DNA of 64,000 nt from a virus. The stretch spans positions 32,001 through 96,000 of the IMG/VR virus record IMGVR_UViG_3300022700_000278. The stretch is one strand, 5' to 3'. The notes beneath the pieces were generated by a model that worked only from the letters and a program-made list of their open reading frames with translations, was not told the origin of the DNA and made no database searches. Positions within the stretch are counted from its first letter, which is position 1. Each line of letters opens with the position of its first letter. The position numbers and the translations under genes were made by a program. This document shows positions 37,592 through 47,177 of the stretch, piece after piece.

Positions 37592-37675
37592 ATGACGATC
37601 CGAATGAGCGCAACGCGCAACCTAGGTGACGACGCCATCTCTATCGGCGAGAGTGCCTACGTCGTCGGGTACTGA
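37592..37675 (+). pseudogene. 27-codon mini-ORF, probable internally deleted fourth paralogue
   Basis: AAGGAGG RBS; MTIRMSATRNLGDDAISIGESAYVVGY resembles a paralogue N-terminus fused to a paralogue C-terminus. Confidence 0.5.
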
Positions 37676-37728
37676 GGCGGCTAGGAGGACGAGAGCAACC
37701 TAGAAGAAATCTGGGAGTTATTTAGAAG

Positions 37729-38550
37729 ATGACTTATATTACAAACACAAGTTCTTCGGTAGAGAGGGCGATTTTTTACCATCAGAGTCTCGACTACGAT
37801 CTTTGTGCGGGTTCCGGCCCAGCGGATAGCTGGTCTCCCAGAACCCTAACTCTTGAAGAACACAACGACATTTCTAGCTTAGAGCTTATTAGTTATGATA
37901 TTGTATCCACGGATTCTGCTGCTGATACAATAACTGTTTCTGGAACAGATGCTGATTCAGTATTAAAGCAGGGTAGAAGATTATGTGTCAGAGGAACTTC
38001 TGATAACGATGTTAACACTGGAGATAGAGAATATCTATACAATTCTTCTTCTGTTGGCGGGGGAAATACAACGATTAGTATTGCTACTGCTAGTGTTGGT
38101 GGTCATTTAAAAGATTCTATAAGTGCAAGTTTGGGAGCAGGAGGAAAAGTATATACAGGACTGTTAAAGTTTACAGAAGACATGGACGTAATTGTAACTG
38201 CTTACGGACTAGGCCATAGATCTGAGGGAATGACTTTACAAGTAGCAAAATATGATGGAGCGATTACTTATAGCAATACAACTGGAGAGATCACCGGACA
38301 TTCTGGAACAGTTGGTACTCCGGGTGTTGGGGGATGGGCAACAACTGGAACGTCAATAACCATGTCTTCTATTGTTTCTTCTAGTGTTTCTATTACTTCT
38401 GGTGATATTATAGAGGTACAGCACTTTAACGGGGCGGTATATACTTCCGGTGGTGAATACAAAACATGGGGTGCAGGATATAGTGACTCTGAAGTCGCAG
38501 GTGCGGGGTCTGTGCCACCTTCATTGCTTGTTGATGTTCTAAAAATTTAA
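37729..38550 (+). CDS. Ser/Gly/Thr-rich fibre-tip-like protein
   Basis: 273 aa; WSPRTL..., SITSGDIIEVQH pattern resembling fibre C-terminal jelly-roll domains. Confidence 0.5.
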   Translation: MTYITNTSSSVERAIFYHQSLDYDLCAGSGPADSWSPRTLTLEEHNDISSLELISYDIVSTDSAADTITVSGTDADSVLKQGRRLCVRGTSDNDVNTGDREYLYNSSSVGGGNTTISIATASVGGHLKDSISASLGAGGKVYTGLLKFTEDMDVIVTAYGLGHRSEGMTLQVAKYDGAITYSNTTGEITGHSGTVGTPGVGGWATTGTSITMSSIVSSSVSITSGDIIEVQHFNGAVYTSGGEYKTWGAGYSDSEVAGAGSVPPSLLVDVLKI

Positions 38551-38565
38551 AACTAGGAGTATGAA

Positions 38566-38901
38566 ATGAGGGCATATAGAAAATATTATAACGCTTCAGA
38601 CGATCTCTTGAGAGAGGATGTCGTGAATGTGGCACTTAGAGGCAACTACAAAGATGTCAACTTGTTTTCTTATGCAAGCGAAGATCTCAAGATGAGATAT
38701 AAAGTAAAAATTGATACCAGAAAAATTTTTGGTCCAAGTGGCCTTGGCTCTCGTACAGTTGACAGAATCGAGCTAGAGGGAAACTTTTCTTCGTGTGAAA
38801 CGAGTTCTAGCAACTATACCTGGGCGAGTTGGGATCTTGGAAACGATCAGAACGCATTGGCCGATATGTCTGGTCTTCCTGTCGTAGGGGACACTGTTTA
38901 A
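38566..38901 (+). CDS. Hypothetical protein
   Basis: 111 aa; AGGAG RBS. Confidence 0.6.
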   Translation: MRAYRKYYNASDDLLREDVVNVALRGNYKDVNLFSYASEDLKMRYKVKIDTRKIFGPSGLGSRTVDRIELEGNFSSCETSSSNYTWASWDLGNDQNALADMSGLPVVGDTV

Positions 38902-38916
38902 AGGAAGGATTTTCTA

Positions 38917-39381
38917 GTGTACGGGTGGATAAAAGTTTTTGAAGACGGTTCAACAGAAGAAGTTTACGACAAAGATATTTTAAGCGGAAAAGGATCTTGG
39001 TCCAAAGGGAAACTAGATAATATTGCCGGCGTGTGTCTGGTTTCTAAGGGGCTTTGTCGCTTGCTGTTTGCTCCCAATACAAGCTGGCATCAATTTGATA
39101 AGTTTTCTATTACATTGTCGGCTGGAAAACATAAACCGATTAGAACACACCAAGTTGTACAAGCAAAGATTCAGCGATATCATGTTGGAATGTATGTCGA
39201 GTTTAATACACAAACTAGATCAACGGCCACTTCTGTTGCAGTTGTAAGCGAGCCACAAAAACACCTGTTCTCGCTTAAGATCAAAGAAAGACATATAAAC
39301 AAATGGTTATCTCTTAGTACAGACAAAGATCTTACTACAAAAATTAATTTTGTTGAAAAGCGTGGACAGCTTCCTAGGTAA
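38917..39381 (+). CDS. Hypothetical protein
   Basis: 154 aa; AGGA RBS; GTG start. Confidence 0.55.
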   Translation: MYGWIKVFEDGSTEEVYDKDILSGKGSWSKGKLDNIAGVCLVSKGLCRLLFAPNTSWHQFDKFSITLSAGKHKPIRTHQVVQAKIQRYHVGMYVEFNTQTRSTATSVAVVSEPQKHLFSLKIKERHINKWLSLSTDKDLTTKINFVEKRGQLPR

Positions 39382-39393
39382 AAGACTATCGCC

Positions 39394-41571
39394 GTGACTA
39401 AATATCTTTCCAGTGTAATGAAAATTCTCCCTGCCACTCAGGCTCGGCAGATAGCAGACATACTACAAGAACTGCGTGCTAATGGAGAATTAAGAGATAC
39501 TAAAGATTATCAAAATGCTCTTTCAGAGCTTGCTGGCTTGGTAAATGCCGAAGACCCCAAGCCTACGTTTGAACAAATTAAGGCTTTGGTGTGGGCGCTG
39601 TGTCGATCTAGCTCACATAATGCAATGATGCGGGCCGCTAAAAATGATCTAGAAGCGGTCTTTTTGCAAACAGACGAAATTGGCCGAAGACTTGATGACC
39701 AACATTCATATATGATGAAAAGTCTAATTGCAGACTTGCAGAAAATTTTACAGGATCAAGAAGATAAGGTTCGAGAGCTAAAAACAAAAAGCGCGAAAGA
39801 CAACGAGTTTGATGGGGCAATTTTAAACTCTTTTGCTCGAACAGCGCTTAAGCAAATGACCAGAGCAGAATGCGACGAAGACTTATTCTTTTTTGAAAAT
39901 CGTACTGGGCGAGCAAAAGATCAAAACGAATTACCAGATGCCTATGTGTCTGAACATGGCCAGAAGCTTGTTCTGCCCTCACAAAACGATCCTAAAATTC
40001 TTCCAATAAGCGCGAGGCTTGTTTACGAAGAAAATTCTTTTGACACATCTCTTGATGCGACAATAAACAACAGTCTGTCGAACATCATAGACGGAAAGAA
40101 AGATACCTTTTGGTCTAGGGAAGTTTATCTAAACGAAACAACGAATGAGGTTTCTACAACAATAGAGTTTGACTTTGGTTCTGGCAGAGATATTAATTAT
40201 TGTATAGTAGAAGGGGCTGTGGGATTTCCCTTCTACATCAACGAAATGCATGCCGTTGGGATAGACGGACAGACTATTGATCTATTGTTAAGACGGTCAA
40301 AAAATTCTTCTGATTTAGTTGACCAGGAATATACAGCAAGCGAAATAAAAGAAGTTAAGATAGAGGGGCATGAAAGAATAGACTTTTTTCAGGTTTTTGC
40401 AAAATCTGTTCGAATTAAATTTGCATGTTCTTCTTTTGAGGAAGCAGATTTTTATGTTCCCCCAGAGACTTCTATTAGTGACGCCTTAGATCTTAAAAAC
40501 CCCGAAGACATTGATCTTTCTGATTTAAATCCGGCGGCAGAGAAAGCTCTTGTGTCCACAGAATTAGCAGAAATTTGTAACGCCCAGAACGACGGAACAA
40601 GCCATGTCAATGCTAATGCTTATCGGTTTTGTCTAGACAATGTTTGGTTTGGAAACAGCCTGTATCATCACAACGGAATCTTTGTTTCAGAAGCGACTCG
40701 GTTGTCTGCTCCTGGAGTCGTTTCTATAAAAGCACAAGAAAAAAACGTTGGTTATTATTACGAAGACAGCGAAGAAACAATCCAGACATCAATTGAAGAA
40801 AACGATTTAAGCGAGACAACCCTATCGAGCGATCAATATAAGAATGCTGGTTCTGTTGAGTATGAAGTTATTCGACACTGGACAAACCAAGAGGGGAATC
40901 CCCAACGAGAACATTTTCCTATTCCAATATTAGGACAAAGAAAAGTCGTTAGAGAACGCATAGTCTTGTCAAAAAGAGTTGACGACCCATTGGTAAATGA
41001 TGTTGGGATGTTAAGGTTTGCTCCAAGGGTAGAAAGAGGATTTGGGGTCCATATATTTAGGAATGGCAAAGAAATGGCTTGTGGGACAGGGCCAGACAAT
41101 TGGCAGTTTGCTACTAGAAAATTTGGAGGGGCTTTTGAGTGGAAAGACAGCACTTTGAGTGAGGATTGGAGTGATTTTCGACGATGGAATCTTATTCCAC
41201 AGAAAATGTGGATCAAGTTTAACAACGTATCTCCAGGGGATGTCTTTACCGCTAGCTATACTATAAGGACGAGTGTTAGAGAAGATTCAGACTTCATTCA
41301 TCCTCCATATTCCACCCCACTAACTGCATCAGAAGCTGTCGTTTATATGGACAAGAACAAAATGCTTTATCTGGGAGAAGATGGAAAAGTTATTTTTGTC
41401 CCAGATCCAGAAACTGGATACACAAGCGCGACAGACTTATACGTACAAATTACTCTTAAGAGAAATTCTTCTGAAATCGCCTTGTCGCCCGAGGTGTTAG
41501 AATATATGTTGTTGTCGGCTCCATATAAACCAGGATTTTCTTCTGAGGACAGGACAGCAAATGACGAATAA
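39394..41571 (+). CDS. Structural protein, coiled coil plus discoidin/F5-8-like domain (triad member 1)
   Basis: 725 aa; NIIDGKKDTFW..IEFDFG..AKSVRIKF. Confidence 0.55.
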   Translation: MTKYLSSVMKILPATQARQIADILQELRANGELRDTKDYQNALSELAGLVNAEDPKPTFEQIKALVWALCRSSSHNAMMRAAKNDLEAVFLQTDEIGRRLDDQHSYMMKSLIADLQKILQDQEDKVRELKTKSAKDNEFDGAILNSFARTALKQMTRAECDEDLFFFENRTGRAKDQNELPDAYVSEHGQKLVLPSQNDPKILPISARLVYEENSFDTSLDATINNSLSNIIDGKKDTFWSREVYLNETTNEVSTTIEFDFGSGRDINYCIVEGAVGFPFYINEMHAVGIDGQTIDLLLRRSKNSSDLVDQEYTASEIKEVKIEGHERIDFFQVFAKSVRIKFACSSFEEADFYVPPETSISDALDLKNPEDIDLSDLNPAAEKALVSTELAEICNAQNDGTSHVNANAYRFCLDNVWFGNSLYHHNGIFVSEATRLSAPGVVSIKAQEKNVGYYYEDSEETIQTSIEENDLSETTLSSDQYKNAGSVEYEVIRHWTNQEGNPQREHFPIPILGQRKVVRERIVLSKRVDDPLVNDVGMLRFAPRVERGFGVHIFRNGKEMACGTGPDNWQFATRKFGGAFEWKDSTLSEDWSDFRRWNLIPQKMWIKFNNVSPGDVFTASYTIRTSVREDSDFIHPPYSTPLTASEAVVYMDKNKMLYLGEDGKVIFVPDPETGYTSATDLYVQITLKRNSSEIALSPEVLEYMLLSAPYKPGFSSEDRTANDE

Positions 41572-44500
41572 GTTTACATCTCCTCCTCCGACTGATTGGG
41601 TAGTAGCAAAGCTACAAGTTTTGTTAGACTATACGAATCGTCTATACCAAGAAGGCGGTCTTTCTTTAAAAGAAGATATTATCGATGCTTATACTGAAGC
41701 AATGGGGTTGTTTGTAGACTCTATAGACAAGTCAATTGTAGGAGTCGTGTATCCAATACAGGCGGGGATGCCTGCTGATCCAGTAGACTATAATGTTTTT
41801 TCTCGAGCGATTCTTCAAGATCTGCAGGTTTTGTTTTCACAAACAAAAGTTACAGATAGTCTTGTTAGTGCCAACTTTAACAATATCATAGCTCTTAGAG
41901 ATAAGGTTTTAAGCATCTCCAGAAGAATTACTTCTAAAACAGCAGATTATTTGCTTTATGCTGATCCTTCTCTTGGAGAGGGCTTTTTCTTTGGAGAGCG
42001 GTTTAATAGCGCAAGGCATATTGACATAGGATCTAGTTTGGTAGAAGACGAAGAATGTCTATTGAACCAAGAAGAAGGGGTTGTTCTTCTTCCTCTTGAC
42101 GGCAATCCCGAGAGACATAGTGTAGCGAAATATACTTTAAACGATTCCAGTAATGGAGAACTAGGCAACAACCACGAAGCTTTTGCAGAACCACACAGCA
42201 CACTAGAAGCACTGGGAGACGGAGAGCCAGATACCTGGGTAGAATATGAAAGGGTTACCCAGTTTGCCTCAAGCCGTCCTCTCGTCTTAGACATGACTCT
42301 TACTTTAGGGAAAGAATCTATTGTAAACCACATCCATGTCTTGCCAGTACAATTTGGCACACCAACTCCTCCAAAAATATTGACTCTTGAAACATCTTCT
42401 GATGGAAAAGATTATAGATCTGTAAAAGATGAAATTCCAATTAGCGATTTCTTTTCCGAGGAAGAGGATGATGTTTTTGAGCTTTCTGGCAAAACTAGCA
42501 AATATAGCGGAGAGGGCTACTTCTCTTTTCTTCCTCGCCGAGCCAAATTTGTACACATAGTTATTCAGCAGGGATCTGCTTATGCGATAAGAACGAACAC
42601 TGGAGAAAAGCTAAGGTATGCTATTGGCCTAAAGGATATAAATATATATGGAAGAAAGTTTAAGCCAAAGGGCAGTCTCGTATCTAAGGCCATTTCAGTA
42701 AATGGCGACGCAACAAAAATGTCTTTGTGGGCATCTGAAAACCCAACAGAAAAGTCTGTTTTAGCAGATATCCGACATGATCTGTCTCCCGATGATGGCG
42801 GATCTTGGTATTCTGTTCAGCCACAGGGCAGGGACTATGTCACTTATCCAGAAATCTTGAATTTCAACAACAGCGAAAGCGATTCTATCTCTACCGGAGG
42901 AGAGATTCCCTCTGTTCGACATAAAATAATAATGAATCGTGATGCTGATAAGTTCACAGGAAATGTAGTATTAGAACAAGAAAAAAAATCTACTGTTGAT
43001 CTTGTCCCGACAACGGGCCTCAGCCCGTTTCTGTTGGAACTTCAGAACGAGCCTATCCCAGAGACAGTGAACGCAAGCATACCGGTATATGGTAGCTGGA
43101 GCTGCCCGAGAGAGCGAGAGACAGCGGGCTTACAGTCTGTCTCTCCTCCAATGGACTTAGATTTTATAGAAGCAGAAATCAACAGTGCAACTACAGATAC
43201 CATTAGAATAAAACTTCCATATAAAAACATTCCTAATCTACCACATCGACTCAGAGTCTTTGTAGACGGATCTCAGTGGTCATACAGTTCTACAAAAGAT
43301 TCTGACTTGTCGTCTCTTGATGAAGAAAGTCGAGTTTATTTCTTAGATCGAGGAGGGCAGATTTTAAAATTTGTCCACCTTTTTGATTCTGTCAAATACG
43401 GAAAACTTCCTGGTAGCGGAGCAAAGGTTCAAGTTTGTCTAGACGGAGATAATCCGCCAATGAGAGTCTTAGATGCGGGTCCTACGCTCATGTTGTCTGG
43501 GTCTTCTGATGGCTTCAAGAAAAATGTTAGCATCGTCACTCCAAGAAAACTTGAGTCTTTACAAGAAGACACAGAAGAACCCCTGGGGTCGGTGGAAACT
43601 TTTGTGGTTCCTGGCGGAGACGGACACAAGGCTATTAGTCTAAACGCCGGCAATCAAACAGAAGAGGAAGAGAGCGCTAGTGCAATATCTACTGGAACCA
43701 TTCCTCCTGTTTACGATACCAGCGAAGACAGTTTTTGGATGACAGAGTATTCAGCATCAAATACGACTCTAGAATTAAGCCCAACTCATGAGGATCGTGC
43801 TTTTTATAGCGACAGCAGTGAAGTCAGAGAAGATGGCTATGTGCCTTTTGTAGACGGCTATACAGAGTTCTTGTTTGAAGGCTCGTACCACAAAAATAGA
43901 TGGACCTTTGATCCGTATTCTGGCGTTCTGTATATAGGGGGAGGACATAGAGGAAACCATTCGGTAAGATTTACTTATTATCGAAGAAAGTTAAAAGTTT
44001 TATCAGAAGAAGACTGGGACTATTATCGTAGCCCTATTTCTGGGAAAGAAGATACCTCTAGAATTGTTTTAAAACCTTCTTCTGTTTATCAGTTTGAAAA
44101 AACAGTTAGTTTATCAGAAGACGATCGTAGTGCATCTTTGACTGATAATTTATTTGACAGACACGACTGGTGGAAACAAAAAATTGTTAGAGGCTCTATA
44201 AAGCTTAGTGAAGGCATTCTTCTAGACGATGAAGACAAGCCTATTGCTCCCGTAGAAGTAAACTTTGTAGACGGAGAAACAGAATTAACAAATACCACAT
44301 GGGTATCACAAGCAATTTCTGCAGAATCTGGAACTCTACATTCTTTCCAACTTGATCGAATCGACAGCGAACACCCGTTAGCAGGAGCGCCTGTTTTTGA
44401 AGTCGCCACAGAATATCCCGATGCTGTTCAGTCCAATCAGTTTGTCAGTCAGGTTGAAAGTCCTGGAGATATAAGCTCTTCGGGAGACTGGTGTGTTGCC

Positions 44501-44965
44501 AGTAACGGAACTGTCACAATAAAAACTGCTTCAAGCGGACTTATAAAACATAAAGTTCGCTATAGTTTTGAGGATTTGAACAATGGAATTGATAAAAGAG
44601 GACTTTTTTCTGTTGATTATGAAAATAACAATATTCATTTTGGTTCAGGTGTCGCCGCTGACAATAATGTGACGTTCAACGTCACCATGTATAGCGCTTT
44701 TTACAACATGAGCGAAGTGATAAGAGATGATGATATAGAAGAAATAGATTCGGACAACAACACAATAGAACTCAAAACAGAGTATGCTGAAAAATTCTTA
44801 AGAGAACCATCACCACAAAACCCAGCGCCTAGATATGTTAGAGTAGGATATAGTTATTATGAGAAGTCAACAGAGTCACTAAAAGATCTAGAACCATACT
44901 TCTCTCCTATTTGTAAGGACATCGCTATTCGCGCAATTACAAAAGCTATGATGGGCACTTTTTAA
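41561..44965 (+). CDS. Structural protein, discoidin-like plus beta modules (triad member 2)
   Basis: 1134 aa; ALGDGEPDTW..LETSSDGKDY..AKFVHIVI. Confidence 0.55.
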   Translation: MTNKFTSPPPTDWVVAKLQVLLDYTNRLYQEGGLSLKEDIIDAYTEAMGLFVDSIDKSIVGVVYPIQAGMPADPVDYNVFSRAILQDLQVLFSQTKVTDSLVSANFNNIIALRDKVLSISRRITSKTADYLLYADPSLGEGFFFGERFNSARHIDIGSSLVEDEECLLNQEEGVVLLPLDGNPERHSVAKYTLNDSSNGELGNNHEAFAEPHSTLEALGDGEPDTWVEYERVTQFASSRPLVLDMTLTLGKESIVNHIHVLPVQFGTPTPPKILTLETSSDGKDYRSVKDEIPISDFFSEEEDDVFELSGKTSKYSGEGYFSFLPRRAKFVHIVIQQGSAYAIRTNTGEKLRYAIGLKDINIYGRKFKPKGSLVSKAISVNGDATKMSLWASENPTEKSVLADIRHDLSPDDGGSWYSVQPQGRDYVTYPEILNFNNSESDSISTGGEIPSVRHKIIMNRDADKFTGNVVLEQEKKSTVDLVPTTGLSPFLLELQNEPIPETVNASIPVYGSWSCPRERETAGLQSVSPPMDLDFIEAEINSATTDTIRIKLPYKNIPNLPHRLRVFVDGSQWSYSSTKDSDLSSLDEESRVYFLDRGGQILKFVHLFDSVKYGKLPGSGAKVQVCLDGDNPPMRVLDAGPTLMLSGSSDGFKKNVSIVTPRKLESLQEDTEEPLGSVETFVVPGGDGHKAISLNAGNQTEEEESASAISTGTIPPVYDTSEDSFWMTEYSASNTTLELSPTHEDRAFYSDSSEVREDGYVPFVDGYTEFLFEGSYHKNRWTFDPYSGVLYIGGGHRGNHSVRFTYYRRKLKVLSEEDWDYYRSPISGKEDTSRIVLKPSSVYQFEKTVSLSEDDRSASLTDNLFDRHDWWKQKIVRGSIKLSEGILLDDEDKPIAPVEVNFVDGETELTNTTWVSQAISAESGTLHSFQLDRIDSEHPLAGAPVFEVATEYPDAVQSNQFVSQVESPGDISSSGDWCVASNGTVTIKTASSGLIKHKVRYSFEDLNNGIDKRGLFSVDYENNNIHFGSGVAADNNVTFNVTMYSAFYNMSEVIRDDDIEEIDSDNNTIELKTEYAEKFLREPSPQNPAPRYVRVGYSYYEKSTESLKDLEPYFSPICKDIAIRAITKAMMGTF

Positions 44966-47133
44966 TGTCAATTATTTCATCACATAAAGAATATATCTTA
45001 GAGCGCTTGCTGTTGGCACATTTACTAAAAGGGGAGTTGCCAACTGCTGACGTATTAGAAGAAGAACTAGAAGAATATATGAATACGCATCCGTCTCTTG
45101 CAGAGCCAACATCTATGCAAGCAGATTTTGATATAGAAAGAGTCTCTAAAGCAAAAGCTTCTAAGATTCAAGAAATTGCTAGTTATATTTCTAGTGATGT
45201 TTCTATTGTAAATAGAGAGCTTCGGCATATTTTAGACAAGGGGAAGTCTCATTATGAACGCTGGACGATAGAACTTAACCGACTACTCAACAAGGCAAAG
45301 CGCATAGAACACGAGGTAGACACTCTTCTCTTGTTACAAGGAGATACTGCTGGATACTTTAGCCAGGTTTCTGATATTTTTGTTGATACAACAAAAATTG
45401 ATATGGAGAATACCGATGCAAAAATAGATACAACGGCAAACTCTGTCTCTTTGGATCCCGAAGCCGGTTATTCTTCTGATGCTTCTGGAGGAAGCAGAAT
45501 TGATTTAAGCACAATGCTAGAAGACGACGTCTTCTTTAGCGTGCTTAGCACCACTCCTACTGGTTATACGCCTGTACAGGGAAGTAAATTATTTCATATG
45601 TTTGTTTCCCCTAGTTCTGGCTGGCGGGGAATTGTCAACAAAGGTTCTGGCGGAGAAGTTGTTTGTGAGTTAAAGGCTCGGCTAAGCAGAGTTGAGGATA
45701 TCTCTGTTTCTAAGATCGTGTATGTTTCTAATGTTGGTGATGCTGGTGGAGACGCTTCCGTCACATGCATGCATTCTTTAGATGGATATCAGTGGTATAT
45801 GATAGACAATGCAGCGCCGACACAATCTTTGGATGCTGGTGTCGTCTCTTGGTCTTTTCCGAAGACGGATTTAAGATGGGTTAAGTTTTTACTTAGAAAA
45901 ACAAACTATGACGAAGTTAACGGAGGTACTTGTTATTATAATTTCGGTGCAAGCGATGTTCGACTATATGGTTCTATGTATAATTCTCTTGATGGCGGAA
46001 CCTTGGTCAGTCAGGCTATTCAGCCTTTGGACTACGAAGACAAAGTTGTTCCTTTTACAAAAGCTGCGCTTGATGCCTGTGAAGAAAACGTTAACATAGA
46101 AGAACTTGGAACAGATATACAATACTATTTGTCTGCCTCTACAGATGGAGAAACTTGGACAGGCGAAACACAAGTAGAGCCATCTGGGAGATCAAATAGA
46201 ATTTGGCCTTCTGTCGCAAATTTTAGCGGAGCAAGAAAACTTGATAACGTTGAAGACAGCAGCTCTTTTGATTTGTTAGATAGCGAGGTTGCATCAAAGC
46301 TTTATATCGTCAAAGACATTGACTCGAGCTCTTATATTCCATATGGGTATAAAGACGGAAGCTATGGGTTTGTAAACACAGCAATCCCCTTGAAAGACGC
46401 AGATACTGGAACATCTTTATCTGCGCAGCATATATTTAATAGCCTTGAGGTTTGGAGAAATATTTTCGATATTTCTTCTCCATCTACTTTGGTAAGAGGT
46501 GTCTCTGCAGGATGGGGAAAAGATAACGACAAATATTATTGTCAATTTTATGTTGGCTCTCCTAGTGGAACGACGTTTGACTTTGGTCCCACTTCTTGCG
46601 TGATAGATGGAGTAAAGCGTTCTGGAAAAGTGTCTTTGCCATTAGGTGTCCATTCTTTTTCTACAGCTTATACAAATTGGTTTAATATTTATAGTGATTC
46701 TTATGCAGAACCAGACAGCGAAGACGACCTAGAGGTACTTGATCCCCTATACCCGTATAACCATAAGCTTGTGCTAGAAGGATTTGAGTATAAAAATAGT
46801 TTTTCTGGAGAACAAAAGTATAACAACAGAGCTGATATTATTGCAGAATATTACTGCAAGCGAACAAGCACATATGATTTAGAGAACAATATAGAAGACA
46901 AAGAAAGATATTTTTCCTTTGTAAAATCTCTTGGAAAATCTTCTTCTCCTACTGCCGGCGTTTTGTTATATAGAAACATGTCTTTTGACGATTATTCGAA
47001 CGAAAAATGTCGATTGCTATGGAATTCTGGCAAGAGTTCATATAAATATATTAAACTAAAAGCTATTTTGTCTACGACAAAGGAAGAAAACACTCCTTTA
47101 CTTTATTCGTATCGAATTAAGATTGGTTCTTAA
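44965..47133 (+). CDS. Structural protein, coiled coil plus discoidin-like domain (triad member 3)
   Basis: 722 aa; HSLDGYQW..LRWVKFLL..YNFGA; ends YIKLKAIL..TPLLYSYRIK. Confidence 0.55.
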   Translation: MSIISSHKEYILERLLLAHLLKGELPTADVLEEELEEYMNTHPSLAEPTSMQADFDIERVSKAKASKIQEIASYISSDVSIVNRELRHILDKGKSHYERWTIELNRLLNKAKRIEHEVDTLLLLQGDTAGYFSQVSDIFVDTTKIDMENTDAKIDTTANSVSLDPEAGYSSDASGGSRIDLSTMLEDDVFFSVLSTTPTGYTPVQGSKLFHMFVSPSSGWRGIVNKGSGGEVVCELKARLSRVEDISVSKIVYVSNVGDAGGDASVTCMHSLDGYQWYMIDNAAPTQSLDAGVVSWSFPKTDLRWVKFLLRKTNYDEVNGGTCYYNFGASDVRLYGSMYNSLDGGTLVSQAIQPLDYEDKVVPFTKAALDACEENVNIEELGTDIQYYLSASTDGETWTGETQVEPSGRSNRIWPSVANFSGARKLDNVEDSSSFDLLDSEVASKLYIVKDIDSSSYIPYGYKDGSYGFVNTAIPLKDADTGTSLSAQHIFNSLEVWRNIFDISSPSTLVRGVSAGWGKDNDKYYCQFYVGSPSGTTFDFGPTSCVIDGVKRSGKVSLPLGVHSFSTAYTNWFNIYSDSYAEPDSEDDLEVLDPLYPYNHKLVLEGFEYKNSFSGEQKYNNRADIIAEYYCKRTSTYDLENNIEDKERYFSFVKSLGKSSSPTAGVLLYRNMSFDDYSNEKCRLLWNSGKSSYKYIKLKAILSTTKEENTPLLYSYRIKIGS

Positions 47134-47144
47134 CTGGCCAAAAG

Positions 47145-47153
47145 TGATAGAAT
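47145..47153 (+). promoter_or_regulatory. Extended -10 promoter element TGATAGAAT
   Basis: TGnTAGAAT in the intergenic gap after 47133. Confidence 0.45.
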
Positions 47154-47177
47154 AGACAAAGATTGGGAGCTTCTAGC

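Noticed and set aside
33443-37638. Long antisense and alternate-frame ORFs (33443-34108, 36414-37175, 36961-37638, 36854-37402)
   Set aside because: Expected shadows of GC-rich codon usage in the three + strand genes; no RBS or recognisable motifs
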